From positions 1 to 64,000 of the IMG/VR virus record IMGVR_UViG_3300029305_001467: 64,000 nucleotides of DNA. One strand, written 5' to 3'. Below are positions 11,280-21,460 of this stretch, one piece after another. The number at the start of each line of letters is the position of its first letter. The first letter of the stretch is position 1. The position numbers and the translations under genes were made by a program. The stretch is from a virus (lineage: Duplodnaviria > Caudoviricetes). The notes beneath the pieces were generated by a model. It searched no databases and was not told the DNA's origin. It worked only from the letters and a program-made list of their open reading frames with translations.

Positions 11280-14249
11280 ATGTTTAATTGTTCATGTTAT
11301 GATATACATGGGAATACAATCAATGGCTTAACTCAATGGGACTTAAACCAAACTATTTATATAGAAGGACATGGTTTTACTACCCCACCAGAAATCCATT
11401 TTTGTAATAAAAATTCCGAAAAAGCTTTGATGGTTATGTCTGAAATTGAAGACGAGCTGTTAAAAGTAACAATTCCTAACCAATTACTTATCGAGCCTTA
11501 TACCATTACATTATATGTTTATATGGTAAACGGCGAAGATAAAAAGACAGTCGAATATACTCAGATTCCGGTCAAGGCTAGACCTATGCCAAGTAGCTTT
11601 GAGTATGTTGATAATATAGAAATTATTGCGTTGAACGAGCTTGCTGAGGAAATTAGAGCATTAAACGCACAGATTGCTTCAGCCGAAGAAGAAAGAGTCA
11701 CTGCTGAGTTAGCACGTTTCGAAGCCGAAGAAATCAGAATTGAAAATGAGAATGTTCGTATCGAGAACGAGGAAGCGAGACAGACAGCAGAGACTACTAG
11801 AGCAGAGAATGAAGAAGCTCGTGTAGAGACTGAAGCTAATAGAGTTGAAGCAGAAGCCTTAAGAGTTGAAGCAGAAACAGCTCGTGCTGAAGCAGAAACT
11901 ATCAGAAACGAAGCAGAACAAATTAGAATAGAAAATGAAGATTCTCGTATTCTTGCTGAAAATGAAAGAATTACTGCTGAAATTACTCGTGAGACTAATG
12001 AAACAAACAGAGTTCAAACCGAAACCATGAGAGAAGAAAATGAAGCAGAAAGAATCTCTGCCGAAGAAACAAGAATCGAAGCTGAAGAATCAAGAGTTAC
12101 TGCTGAGACTGAGAGAGATACTGCGGAACAAACTAGAATTGAAAATGAGGAAACTCGTATTGCTTCTGAGACAGAAAGACGGAATAAAGAGACTGTACGT
12201 ATCGAAGCAGAGACATTGCGTACTGATGCTGAGACTGCTAGATTAGAAGCGGAGGAAGTTCGTGTAGAAAATGAAGATGCACGTATTGAAGCTGAAACTG
12301 CTAGAGATGAAGCTGAAACTCTGAGAGCTTCTAATGAAGAAACAAGAGTTGAAAATGAGGATGCGAGAGTTGAAGCAGAAACAAATAGAAATGAAGCTGA
12401 AGCTATTCGTGTAGAGAATGAAGAAACAAGACAAGCACAAGAAGAAGCAAGAGAGACTGCTTCTGCTACTGCTGTTGAGAATGCTGAAAAAGCAACTGAT
12501 AGAGCCAATCTTGCTGCTGAAGCTTGCGAGAATATTGTAGCTGGCACAGGATTTATTTCTATTACTGAAAAGGGGATTCCAGGCGGTCTTGCTACTCTTG
12601 ACGATACTGGTAAAGTTCCTTTAGAACAACTTCCAGAAGGTATTGGTGGAGATGTAGTTCCAGAGGGTGTTACTTATATTAATTTTGATGCACCGGATGG
12701 TGAAGAAGTTGGAGACATTTTACCGGTAGATGCTGATACATTATCTGGTTATGGAATTGATCATTTTGCAACTTCTGATGAAGTGAACTTAAAGGCAGAT
12801 GGTCTTACTTATAGTAATAGTGTATTAAGCTTGATGAGTGGTGACGAGGAACTTGCAAGCGTAACTATTGTTGGCGGTTCTGGTTCTGGTGGTGGAGATG
12901 TTATTTTACCAAATAATGTGCTCTCTGCTTCTGATATGAGTGCTGCCGATATTGACACTCCAAACTTAGACGCTAGTACATTGGGTGGGCACGAACCTGA
13001 TTATTTTGCTACCAAGGAAGATTTAGAAAATCTTGGCTCTTCTACTGAGCTTAACAACATCATCAACGGCACAACCCAAGTCGGCAACGCCAAAACCCTT
13101 GACGGACACGAAGCGGAATATTTTTTTCAGAAGTCGGGTGGTGTTATTGACGGAGATGTTACGGTAGAAAAAGAAAACGGTCAAGTTGCGTTTTCTTTTA
13201 AAAACGGAAACCGAGAAATGGTGATTGTAGTAACCGAAAGCGGAACGTGCGGAGTGCTTGACCAAACAAATAAGGTTTGGCTGTGGAACTCCGAATTAAA
13301 CGGTACAACCAAGTTTTACGGTACGGCAAGCGGAAATTTACCGCTTAGTGGTGGAGGTACAGTGTCAAAGGCTGGTCGCTCTCCTATTGACCTTAAAAGC
13401 ACAAATTCAAATAATGTTACAACGCTTTATAGTGGACAAGATGGAACGCTTGGTGAGTTAGGCTTTATTGGCGCAAACAATCCAACTTTCCGAAATACTA
13501 GCGGAGCAAACAACACCCTTCTCCACACTGGCAATATGGCAAGTCATGTATTACCCATTAACGGCGACACTTTAAATGAGGGAAAAAGCGTATACGAAAA
13601 AGTAAACGGTAACGCTTCAAATGCGGTGTGGAACGGTTATCGTAATAATGATGGAACGGTGTTCGGTGGAATAGGCGCCTTTGCTTCAAACGGTAAAGTA
13701 CAGCATATTTTTATAGGTGCAGATGGTGAAACTTCTTACCGTAAGGCAAGCGGTTTGAGTATAACAAAAGATGCTATACAGTGGAAGGAAAAAGACCTTC
13801 TCCACACTGGCAACGTAGAAAACTACGCTGCAACCGTAGAAGAAGGCACGTTTACTTTATCAGTTACTCACGAAGGTGCAACTTATACACTCTCAGGGTA
13901 TAAATATATAAAAATAGGAAAGCTTGTATATCTATACGGAAAAAGTAAAGGCGATTCGTATGTATATTTGAAACCATCAGATACTACTTCTGCGTTCTAT
14001 CTTACTTTTAGTGGTATTCCTTTTGCATTTTCTAGTGAACATCAATCATTATCCAATTTGTTTTTTGGTAAAATAGCTTCGGCTGCACCTCTCGATGCCT
14101 TTATTGGGAAAGACACCAACTATATGTATTCTTTTACAGAAGGTGGCTCATCTTTTACAATTAATGCAAATGATATGAAATCAGAAGGATTTGTAATGTC
14201 TCAAGCCTATAACTACCCAATAAGTATGTTATATGTAACAAATGACTAA
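11280..14249 (+). CDS. Long tail fibre / upper-baseplate-type receptor-binding protein
   Basis: BppU-like N-terminus, about 280-aa E/R heptad stalk, D(A)xTLxGH..DYFAT repeats, C-terminal YIKIGKLVYLYG...FSGIPF head. Confidence 0.75.
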   Translation: MFNCSCYDIHGNTINGLTQWDLNQTIYIEGHGFTTPPEIHFCNKNSEKALMVMSEIEDELLKVTIPNQLLIEPYTITLYVYMVNGEDKKTVEYTQIPVKARPMPSSFEYVDNIEIIALNELAEEIRALNAQIASAEEERVTAELARFEAEEIRIENENVRIENEEARQTAETTRAENEEARVETEANRVEAEALRVEAETARAEAETIRNEAEQIRIENEDSRILAENERITAEITRETNETNRVQTETMREENEAERISAEETRIEAEESRVTAETERDTAEQTRIENEETRIASETERRNKETVRIEAETLRTDAETARLEAEEVRVENEDARIEAETARDEAETLRASNEETRVENEDARVEAETNRNEAEAIRVENEETRQAQEEARETASATAVENAEKATDRANLAAEACENIVAGTGFISITEKGIPGGLATLDDTGKVPLEQLPEGIGGDVVPEGVTYINFDAPDGEEVGDILPVDADTLSGYGIDHFATSDEVNLKADGLTYSNSVLSLMSGDEELASVTIVGGSGSGGGDVILPNNVLSASDMSAADIDTPNLDASTLGGHEPDYFATKEDLENLGSSTELNNIINGTTQVGNAKTLDGHEAEYFFQKSGGVIDGDVTVEKENGQVAFSFKNGNREMVIVVTESGTCGVLDQTNKVWLWNSELNGTTKFYGTASGNLPLSGGGTVSKAGRSPIDLKSTNSNNVTTLYSGQDGTLGELGFIGANNPTFRNTSGANNTLLHTGNMASHVLPINGDTLNEGKSVYEKVNGNASNAVWNGYRNNDGTVFGGIGAFASNGKVQHIFIGADGETSYRKASGLSITKDAIQWKEKDLLHTGNVENYAATVEEGTFTLSVTHEGATYTLSGYKYIKIGKLVYLYGKSKGDSYVYLKPSDTTSAFYLTFSGIPFAFSSEHQSLSNLFFGKIASAAPLDAFIGKDTNYMYSFTEGGSSFTINANDMKSEGFVMSQAYNYPISMLYVTND

Positions 14250-14275
14250 GAATGATAAAATAATAATTTAACCCG

Positions 14276-14308
14276 GAGAGCTTGTGTTGATTACACAAGC
14301 TCTCTTTT
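14276..14308 (+). terminator. Putative intrinsic terminator
   Basis: GAGAGCTTGTG...CACAAGCTCTC-TTTT. Confidence 0.65.
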
Positions 14309-14329
14309 AACATAAGAAAGGAGTAATGC

Positions 14330-15787
14330 ATGAGCATAAAAGGATATACAAGAGGCATACCTACGTATACCACTACTGAAGGCGATACATACGGTATGCT
14401 ATGCGAAACAAAAGAAAAATGTATTACTGATGACGATGGCATATCTCTTGAGAGTAAGCTGTCAGATATAAAAAGACAAATTGAAGAAGGCGTCTCTAAT
14501 AATGGTGGAGACGCTGATACGTTGGGTGGTCATAGTGCTGATTATTTTGCCACGGCAGATGACCTTTTAACGGTTGATGCCAAAACCCTTGACGGACACG
14601 GAGCGGAGTATTTTGCAAGCGCAGAAGAACTCGAACGCCTTACAGTTACACGTTATATCGGTTATAGCGAAGATGAAATAAACACTATTTATGAATCACT
14701 TAATACCAATGCGACAAATGGAGAATGGTATAGAGCGAGAGTACATCACGATATAGCTCATTCTGTTTTAGGCGGTGGAACGTGGTATGTAGAGGGTTAC
14801 AAACAGAGTAACACATACGCTTGGCAGAAAATAACGTGCTATAAACCAAAAGGGGCAAGGACTTATGGTCGTTCACTTAATGGTAGTACAACATGGTCGG
14901 AATGGACGGAAGATTTTACCACGGCTGGTGGTACGATTAACGGAAATACCTATGTAAAGCAAAGTGGCAGTGCTTCCGCACAGTTTGGTGTCGGAAACGA
15001 TACAAACGAAGTCAAGTTTGGTGTTTCGGGTGACGGTTTCACTTATTTTCAAGATGCTTTCGGAAACTTCATTGTAAGAAAGGCAGACGGCACGAGCACT
15101 TTTAACGGTACGGCAAGCGGAAATTTACCTAAGAGCGGCGGTACCATTGATGGTGGATTGTCGATAAAAACAAAGTATACACATAGTTATTTTGGTGAAC
15201 ACATCTATGAAACTAAATTTAATGAATCTAGTGTAAGTTTATTAAACGGAATTATCACCGCAGGTGGTAGTATTGGTGGTAATAAAGGATCTTTAATAAT
15301 TGACGGCGCAAACACTACTTTTAAATCTTATGTGACATTCGACTATAATCAGATTGGTTTTAAAAAGGCACCTGAAATATTGGGTACAAACGGTACAGTT
15401 ACGCTAGCAACTACAGAAACTGGTACATTTGATTTGACGTTTACATATAATAGTGTATCATATACGCTTTCTGGGTATAATTATTTGAAAGTAGGAAAAT
15501 TTGTGATGCTGTACGGTAGCTATGATTGGGCGGGGGATACTATAACCAAATCGGGTGGTACCGATATAACATTATCTGGATTACCATTTCCGATATATTC
15601 ACCAAATCAATTACACCCTGGTTACTTTATGTTTGCAACTGAATCTGTAAATGCACCAATACAACCTATAAATATAGGTACCAATAAAGTTTATGAAGTT
15701 TCTACCAATTCATTTAGTATTAGACAGGAGATAACATTCAAGCCAAATTATACATATTCTTTATTAGCAATGTATATAACGCAGTAA
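14330..15787 (+). CDS. Second tail fibre/RBP, paralogous to 11280-14249
   Basis: Shares ADTLGGH, AKTLDGH and GTASGNLP motifs and the C-terminal YLKVGKFVMLYG...LSGLPF head. Confidence 0.75.
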   Translation: MSIKGYTRGIPTYTTTEGDTYGMLCETKEKCITDDDGISLESKLSDIKRQIEEGVSNNGGDADTLGGHSADYFATADDLLTVDAKTLDGHGAEYFASAEELERLTVTRYIGYSEDEINTIYESLNTNATNGEWYRARVHHDIAHSVLGGGTWYVEGYKQSNTYAWQKITCYKPKGARTYGRSLNGSTTWSEWTEDFTTAGGTINGNTYVKQSGSASAQFGVGNDTNEVKFGVSGDGFTYFQDAFGNFIVRKADGTSTFNGTASGNLPKSGGTIDGGLSIKTKYTHSYFGEHIYETKFNESSVSLLNGIITAGGSIGGNKGSLIIDGANTTFKSYVTFDYNQIGFKKAPEILGTNGTVTLATTETGTFDLTFTYNSVSYTLSGYNYLKVGKFVMLYGSYDWAGDTITKSGGTDITLSGLPFPIYSPNQLHPGYFMFATESVNAPIQPINIGTNKVYEVSTNSFSIRQEITFKPNYTYSLLAMYITQ

Positions 15788-15807
15788 GGAAAGGAGATGA
15801 ATAACTT

Positions 15808-16269
15808 ATGGAAACATATAAAAAGAAATTAGTAACTATGCTTACTGCTGAAACTGTAAGTATCCTAACTCAACAGGTATATGATGAAGAAGTAACTGAA
15901 ACCATATACGAAACACAGACTGTGACTGAGACAGAAACTGTCTTTGAAAAACAAACTGTTGAAGAAAATGGTGAAACTAAAGAAATTGAAGTTCCTGTTG
16001 AGAAAGAAGTTACAAAAGAAGTTCAAGTACCAAAGGAAGTCACTATAACAAAACAAGTCCAAGTCGGTAGCAATCATCGTTGTGCTTATTCTAATACAAT
16101 AAGTGGACGGAACGCTCTTGTTGAAAAAGAGCCAGAACACATTGTTGCAGAAGTAATGGCAGTTTGGGGTTATGAACCAACTATAGAAGAGCCAGAGTTC
16201 GATGATACTTATGTTCCGGAACCGACTTTAAATGATATTGTCAACATTATGTTAGGATTGGAGGGATAA
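15808..16269 (+). CDS. Hypothetical protein (fibre-associated)
   Basis: SD AAGGAG; E/T/V-rich insert. Confidence 0.7.
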   Translation: METYKKKLVTMLTAETVSILTQQVYDEEVTETIYETQTVTETETVFEKQTVEENGETKEIEVPVEKEVTKEVQVPKEVTITKQVQVGSNHRCAYSNTISGRNALVEKEPEHIVAEVMAVWGYEPTIEEPEFDDTYVPEPTLNDIVNIMLGLEG

Positions 16270-16270
16270 T

Positions 16271-16696
16271 ATGGATAAGTTACAGATGGCAGAACAGTTT
16301 CGCAAAGCGTTACAGTTATTTATCCGTTCTTTATCTGATGAAGAAGCAATGGAAGTAGCTACTGTTTACCCGAAGTATGAAGTGGGAAAAAGCTATAAGC
16401 CAGATGACATTTTTAGTTATGGTGAAAACGGTGTAGGTGATCCTCAGTTGTATAGAGTAGAAATAGAGCATGTAAGTCAAGCAGATTGGATTCCGAGTGA
16501 GAATCGTACATTGTATACACCAATTGGCTTAACTGATGCTGGATATCCGATTTGGAGTAAGCCTACTGGTGGACATGATGCCTATGCAAATGGAGACATT
16601 GTAGAGTTTGAGGGAGAGCTTTATAAATCTATTATTGATGGAAATGTTTGGTCTCCTATTGAATATCCGCAAGGTTGGGAAAAGGTTGAAGCATAA
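16271..16696 (+). CDS. Small protein with tandem CBM5/12-like carbohydrate-binding repeats
   Basis: Y..G...Y....LY.V...H.SQ.DW.P and W..PTG.HDAY..GDIV...G..Y.S....NVWSP..YP.GW. Confidence 0.7.
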   Translation: MDKLQMAEQFRKALQLFIRSLSDEEAMEVATVYPKYEVGKSYKPDDIFSYGENGVGDPQLYRVEIEHVSQADWIPSENRTLYTPIGLTDAGYPIWSKPTGGHDAYANGDIVEFEGELYKSIIDGNVWSPIEYPQGWEKVEA

Positions 16697-16767
16697 CTGA
16701 ATAAAATAGTATTTTGATAGAGGGCATCTACTGCCCTCTTCCATTTTTATGAAAGGAGAAGACAATA

Positions 16768-17280
16768 ATGCAAGCAAAAATTGAAACATTAAAGGCGAAA
16801 AACGCTGATGACGAAGAATACCTTGTCTATCCTAGAACTTTAACAAGATGTGTTGTTGACGAAGAAGGCAATAATATTGATATTATATTAGAAAATATGG
16901 TGTCTGATATTACTGAAGGCACTTTGGATATAAACAGTGATAAGCCTATTTCTAACGGTGCTGTAGCAACAGAGTTGAATAATATCAATGACAGACTAGA
17001 TAATGCTACTGCGTCTCAGACTGTAGATGTTACTGTTAAGGCTTCTGATTGGCAAGGAGAATCTGCACCATATCATAATACTTTTAGTGTGGTTGGTGTT
17101 ACTGATACAACTGATGTAATTGTAATTCCAAAAACAGTATTAACAGTAGAACAAGAAAAGGCAATGTCAAAAGCAAAAATTCTTACAGGGCATCAAGGAT
17201 ATAACAACGTTGGTTTGTTTGCATATGGCAAGAAACCTACTATTGATTTACCTATCACTGTAATAATTAAGGGGGTGTAA
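16768..17280 (+). CDS. Tail-fibre-associated structural protein
   Basis: SDKPISNGAV linker and C-terminal KKPTIDLPITV motif seen in phage tail proteins. Confidence 0.6.
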   Translation: MQAKIETLKAKNADDEEYLVYPRTLTRCVVDEEGNNIDIILENMVSDITEGTLDINSDKPISNGAVATELNNINDRLDNATASQTVDVTVKASDWQGESAPYHNTFSVVGVTDTTDVIVIPKTVLTVEQEKAMSKAKILTGHQGYNNVGLFAYGKKPTIDLPITVIIKGV

Positions 17281-17281
17281 T

Positions 17282-18721
17282 ATGTCAGTAATAATTAGAT
17301 TGCCTCAAGGTGGTGGTTCTGATACTGATATGGTTACTGCTACCTCGGAAGATATTTTATTAGATAAGGTTGGTGTTGATACAGAAGGTGAGCCGATTAC
17401 TGGTACTATGCCTAATAACGGTGCTGTATCGCAATCCTTAAACGCTGGTGGTTCTTATACTATACCAAAGGGTTATCACGATGGTACTGGAAAAGTTACT
17501 GCGAATAGTTTAGCGAGCCAGACTCAAGCAACTGCTACTGCTAGTAATATTTTAAAAGATAAAACTGCATATGTAAGTGGTACAAAAATAACGGGTACTA
17601 TGGTAGATAATGGTGCAGTAAGTGCTTCTATAAACGCTGGTGGTTCATATACAATTCCAGCGGGATACCATAACGGTTCTGGTAAAATTACCGGTAATAG
17701 CCTTGCAAGTCAAACTGATGGTACTGCTACTGCATCTCAGATTTTAACTGGACAGACCGCTTATGTAGATGGTGTTAAAGTAACTGGTACTATGGCTAAC
17801 CAAGGTACAAAAACATCTTCATTAAACGCCGGAGGTTCTTACACTATACCCGCTGGATATCATAATGGTAGCGGCAAGATTACAGCTAATAGTTTAGCTA
17901 GTCAAACTGATGCAACCGCTACGGCTGCTCAGATTCTTAGTGGACAAACTGCATGGGTTAAAGGTACGAAACTTACTGGTTCTATGACTAGTAGAGGAGC
18001 TGTTACTATTACGCCTAGTACCTCAAACCAGACTATTGCGGCAGGTTATCATAATGGTTCTGGTTATGTAGTTGGAGATTCTGATTTGGTAGCTGGTAAT
18101 ATTAAAAAGGGTATAAATATTTTTGGTGTTGCTGGTACATATGAAGGAGCTGGAACTGGTAAATATTTAAAATATACAGAAACCTTAAGTCTTACTACTA
18201 GCGATACTACTAATCCTGATTATAATAATAGACCTCTCCAATTATATAATGCAAAAGTTACATTACCGGGTGGTTCTAGTAGTAGTGCAAGTTTTGTAAA
18301 TTCTGCAACAGCATATTTTGCCATTGTGAATGTTATTTTTACAAAAGACATGGTAAGTTATTCTGGTACTGGTGTAGCTGGAAACAAACAAACTATAAAG
18401 GTTGGTACAAAATATTTTATAAGATATCAAGATGGCAAGATGTATATCTATGCCAATTTTAGAGCCAGTAAAAGTGGAGTAGTTCCTGGAGATGCGAGTA
18501 CTGAAACAAATATAAGCAGTACAATCAATACAGATGGTTATGGCTATGGATGGAACTGGAACGGGAGAAATGGTGCTACATGCGAACCATATCTTTTGGC
18601 TACTGTTAGTGGAAGAACCACTACTCGTACTGCTACTACATATGGAACAAGTTATACTCCATATAAAAATGAAATTTCTAATGTAAGTGCTATTGCGCAA
18701 TATGAAATTTATGCATACTAA
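17282..18721 (+). CDS. Tail fibre protein with about 64-aa YTIPxGYHxGxG repeats
   Basis: Repeat units at 192-nt spacing (17441, 17633, 17825, partial fourth); unrelated C-terminal domain. Confidence 0.75.
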   Translation: MSVIIRLPQGGGSDTDMVTATSEDILLDKVGVDTEGEPITGTMPNNGAVSQSLNAGGSYTIPKGYHDGTGKVTANSLASQTQATATASNILKDKTAYVSGTKITGTMVDNGAVSASINAGGSYTIPAGYHNGSGKITGNSLASQTDGTATASQILTGQTAYVDGVKVTGTMANQGTKTSSLNAGGSYTIPAGYHNGSGKITANSLASQTDATATAAQILSGQTAWVKGTKLTGSMTSRGAVTITPSTSNQTIAAGYHNGSGYVVGDSDLVAGNIKKGINIFGVAGTYEGAGTGKYLKYTETLSLTTSDTTNPDYNNRPLQLYNAKVTLPGGSSSSASFVNSATAYFAIVNVIFTKDMVSYSGTGVAGNKQTIKVGTKYFIRYQDGKMYIYANFRASKSGVVPGDASTETNISSTINTDGYGYGWNWNGRNGATCEPYLLATVSGRTTTRTATTYGTSYTPYKNEISNVSAIAQYEIYAY

Positions 18722-18742
18722 TGAGACGAAAGGAGAATTTAA

Positions 18743-19318
18743 ATGAAAACTTTAGTAATTTATGATTCTGATGGAAGAATATATTATCAAGTTTCTGGTG
18801 ATTATGAGCTTCCGGGAGACGGTGTTCAATATTTAGAAGCAGACATCAATCCAAATTTGGATGTAATTAGAGCGGTTGATACTTCTGTAACACCTCACTC
18901 TCCTATTCTTATTCCTTTGATTGCTTTAAACTCAACACTGGAAGATTATAAAACAAGAATGATTGCCGAGTTAGAATATAATTTTGAGAACTATTTAAAC
19001 AATAATCCAATTGAATCTAATTGTCATGGTGGTGTTCCGGCGTTGTATACCATAACTAAGGAAAAGCAGTCTTTGCTTATACAAGAAATCATGCTTGCAG
19101 AAAGAAGTAAGTCTCTTGGTGTTGAGTATACCCCATCATGGAATGTACATCAATGTGCTGCGACCCAAGACTGGACGCTCGAAGAGTTATATCAATTAAG
19201 TTTTGAGATTTCAAACTTTGTTAAACCATTGGTCGCTGAGGAGCAAAGCATTGATTTTGAAATTCGTAACGCAGAAACTTTTGACGAATTATTGACAATA
19301 GACATAACCTTCGAATAA
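18743..19318 (+). CDS. Putative tail-fibre assembly/chaperone (DUF4376-like)
   Basis: MKTLVIYDSDGRIYY N-terminus; C-terminal WTLEELYQL...IRNAETFDELLTIDITF. Confidence 0.55.
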   Translation: MKTLVIYDSDGRIYYQVSGDYELPGDGVQYLEADINPNLDVIRAVDTSVTPHSPILIPLIALNSTLEDYKTRMIAELEYNFENYLNNNPIESNCHGGVPALYTITKEKQSLLIQEIMLAERSKSLGVEYTPSWNVHQCAATQDWTLEELYQLSFEISNFVKPLVAEEQSIDFEIRNAETFDELLTIDITFE

Positions 19319-19336
19319 GAATTGAGGTGAATAACT

Positions 19337-21448
19337 ATGGTAGAAAACATTAAAATAAGTGTTGTCATACCGGTTTATAATAATTCTGAAACCATAGAGA
19401 GATGCTTGGATTCAATATATTGTCAAACGTATAAAAATTATGAATGTATATTAGCAGATGATTGTTCTGATGTAGATTATTCTTATTTACAAGAAAAATA
19501 TCCGTCATTAATAATTGTTCGATTACCAAAAAACTCAGGAGCTGGTGTAGCAAGACAGTATGCTTTAGACAATACTGTTACTGGCGACTGGGTTATTTTT
19601 GTTGATTCTGATGATGAGTTATATAGCAGACTGGTTTTATCTAGTTTTGTTCATGTTATTAAGAGAAATCCTAGATTGAATTGTGTAAAAGGTAGATATA
19701 TATATAATGATGAACCTTATTATGAACATATGCGAAACATGGTTGTATTACATGGTATCTTTTATAATATTAAATTCTTAAAAGATAACAATATAAGATT
19801 CCATGATACGTTGAGATACCATGAAGACGTATATTTCAATACATTATGTAGATATATATCTGAAAAAAAATATGGAGACTCTTTTATTCGGCATGTGGAT
19901 ACTTATTATTATAGACAGAATGTAACAAAAGGATCTGTTACACAAAGACTCTATAATAATTTAGGATATTTTGAAGCGAATCTTAAATACGAAGTAGATA
20001 TGTATTTGGATGCAGTAAATAGATTAACAGACATTGTTTCCATTGAAGAAAAGAAGAAAATTCTTATGATTCCAGTATACAATTCTTTTTCATTGTTTTA
20101 TAACTTGATTGATAAAAAGGACAAGCATATTAGAGAAATGAATATGATAAAAGAATTGGCAAGAGTTTTTATAAGATTGGAAGAAGAGTTTGGGTTAAAT
20201 AAAAAACAAGATATTTTGGATTTATTCCATAAGGTGGAGAATAAGCCTGTTGTGACTAATATATCAAGTATAGTCCATTCTGCAAATGGAGAATCCGTGC
20301 AAGAAACATATTTAGAAAAGATTTGGTCTATGTATTTGTTCTATATGAACGGTAATCCAATTAAGAAAACCGAATGTGGCAACTCTCCTCTTTTAAGTAT
20401 TGTTTGCCCAGTGTACAACTCCAAAGGAATTATTCGAAACACATTAGATAAGCTGTATACAAATATAAATGCAGATTTGTGTGAAGTAATTCTTGTAAAT
20501 GATTGTTCGCCGGATGGAGATTATGATTATTTAAAGGAAAGTTACAAGAATTTAATTGTTGTAAATAATAGTTATAATATGGGTTATGCATGTTCTCGTC
20601 AAACTGGTGTTGATGTTGCAACTGGTAAATGGCTATTATTCCTTGACCATGATGACGAAATAACCGATGCGTTAATGCCTACTTTGATAAAATTAGAATA
20701 CTCCGATATGCCGTATCAATTACTGCATCTCGGAGTAAAGTTTTCTTATGTGAACAAAAAGAAGGATTACATTATTACAAGTGCTAATCCAGATTTGTTT
20801 CATGGAACTGTTTTTAATTTGAATTACATCAAAAATTTTGGTTTGAAATTCTTGCCGGAATTAAAATCTTCGGAAGATGTTTATTTCCATAGAACGATAT
20901 ATTCTTCTTTACAAGATAAATATTCCTTCTTAATTTTTAAAGATTATGATACTTGTATTTATATTTGGAATATTACTGGAGACAATCAAACCTCGATTAT
21001 GAAAAATAATCGTTGTTGGATGGAAGAAAATTATAATGATCATGTTCGAGCATATATCTCGGCTCTAAATTTCAATAAAGATATTTCTTTAGAATACAAG
21101 ATAAAAATATTATATCGTCTGTATTTTGAAGCATTGACTTTGAGTGATATTTGGAGCAAATATTCTTATAATTTTAGAACAGAAATATATGATGATATCC
21201 AGTTGATTACTGCTGAGTTGTACAAGTGTGGAGTAAAATCTGAAACCATTATTGACAACATGAAGCATAATATGGACGAAATAATAGCTGGTATTGCAAA
21301 CGCTATTCCACTTCAACTTTGTAATATAGTTGATAGAACTAATTTAAAAAGTGCATCAAAGAGTGAGTATGTAATAGATAGAACTATTAATAAAAAACTA
21401 ATTGAGTTGGCACAAGAACAAATGAAACTTTATGAAACCACGCTATAA
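19337..21448 (+). CDS. Tandem double GT2-family glycosyltransferase
   Basis: Two GT-A domains: SVVIPVYN...DDCS...ARQ...FVDSDD...HEDVYF and SIVCPVYN...NDCS...SRQ...FLDHDD...SEDVYF. Confidence 0.9.
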   Translation: MVENIKISVVIPVYNNSETIERCLDSIYCQTYKNYECILADDCSDVDYSYLQEKYPSLIIVRLPKNSGAGVARQYALDNTVTGDWVIFVDSDDELYSRLVLSSFVHVIKRNPRLNCVKGRYIYNDEPYYEHMRNMVVLHGIFYNIKFLKDNNIRFHDTLRYHEDVYFNTLCRYISEKKYGDSFIRHVDTYYYRQNVTKGSVTQRLYNNLGYFEANLKYEVDMYLDAVNRLTDIVSIEEKKKILMIPVYNSFSLFYNLIDKKDKHIREMNMIKELARVFIRLEEEFGLNKKQDILDLFHKVENKPVVTNISSIVHSANGESVQETYLEKIWSMYLFYMNGNPIKKTECGNSPLLSIVCPVYNSKGIIRNTLDKLYTNINADLCEVILVNDCSPDGDYDYLKESYKNLIVVNNSYNMGYACSRQTGVDVATGKWLLFLDHDDEITDALMPTLIKLEYSDMPYQLLHLGVKFSYVNKKKDYIITSANPDLFHGTVFNLNYIKNFGLKFLPELKSSEDVYFHRTIYSSLQDKYSFLIFKDYDTCIYIWNITGDNQTSIMKNNRCWMEENYNDHVRAYISALNFNKDISLEYKIKILYRLYFEALTLSDIWSKYSYNFRTEIYDDIQLITAELYKCGVKSETIIDNMKHNMDEIIAGIANAIPLQLCNIVDRTNLKSASKSEYVIDRTINKKLIELAQEQMKLYETTL

Positions 21449-21460
21449 GGAGGTGATAAT

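Noticed and set aside
12014-12547. Antisense ORFs over long genes (e.g. 12014-12547, 10039-10371, 35212-36192, 38581-39452)
   Set aside because: They are shadow ORFs of repetitive or biased coding strands, with no SD or recognisable motifs
14255-16718. Near-matches to the junction palindrome after late genes (14255, 16701)
   Set aside because: The right arms deviate from the consensus; they cannot be distinguished from AT-rich background by eye
11280-18721. Diversity-generating retroelement or invertible shufflon for the tail fibres
   Set aside because: No reverse transcriptase, no ~100-bp TR/VR pair, no inverted cassettes or invertase in the window
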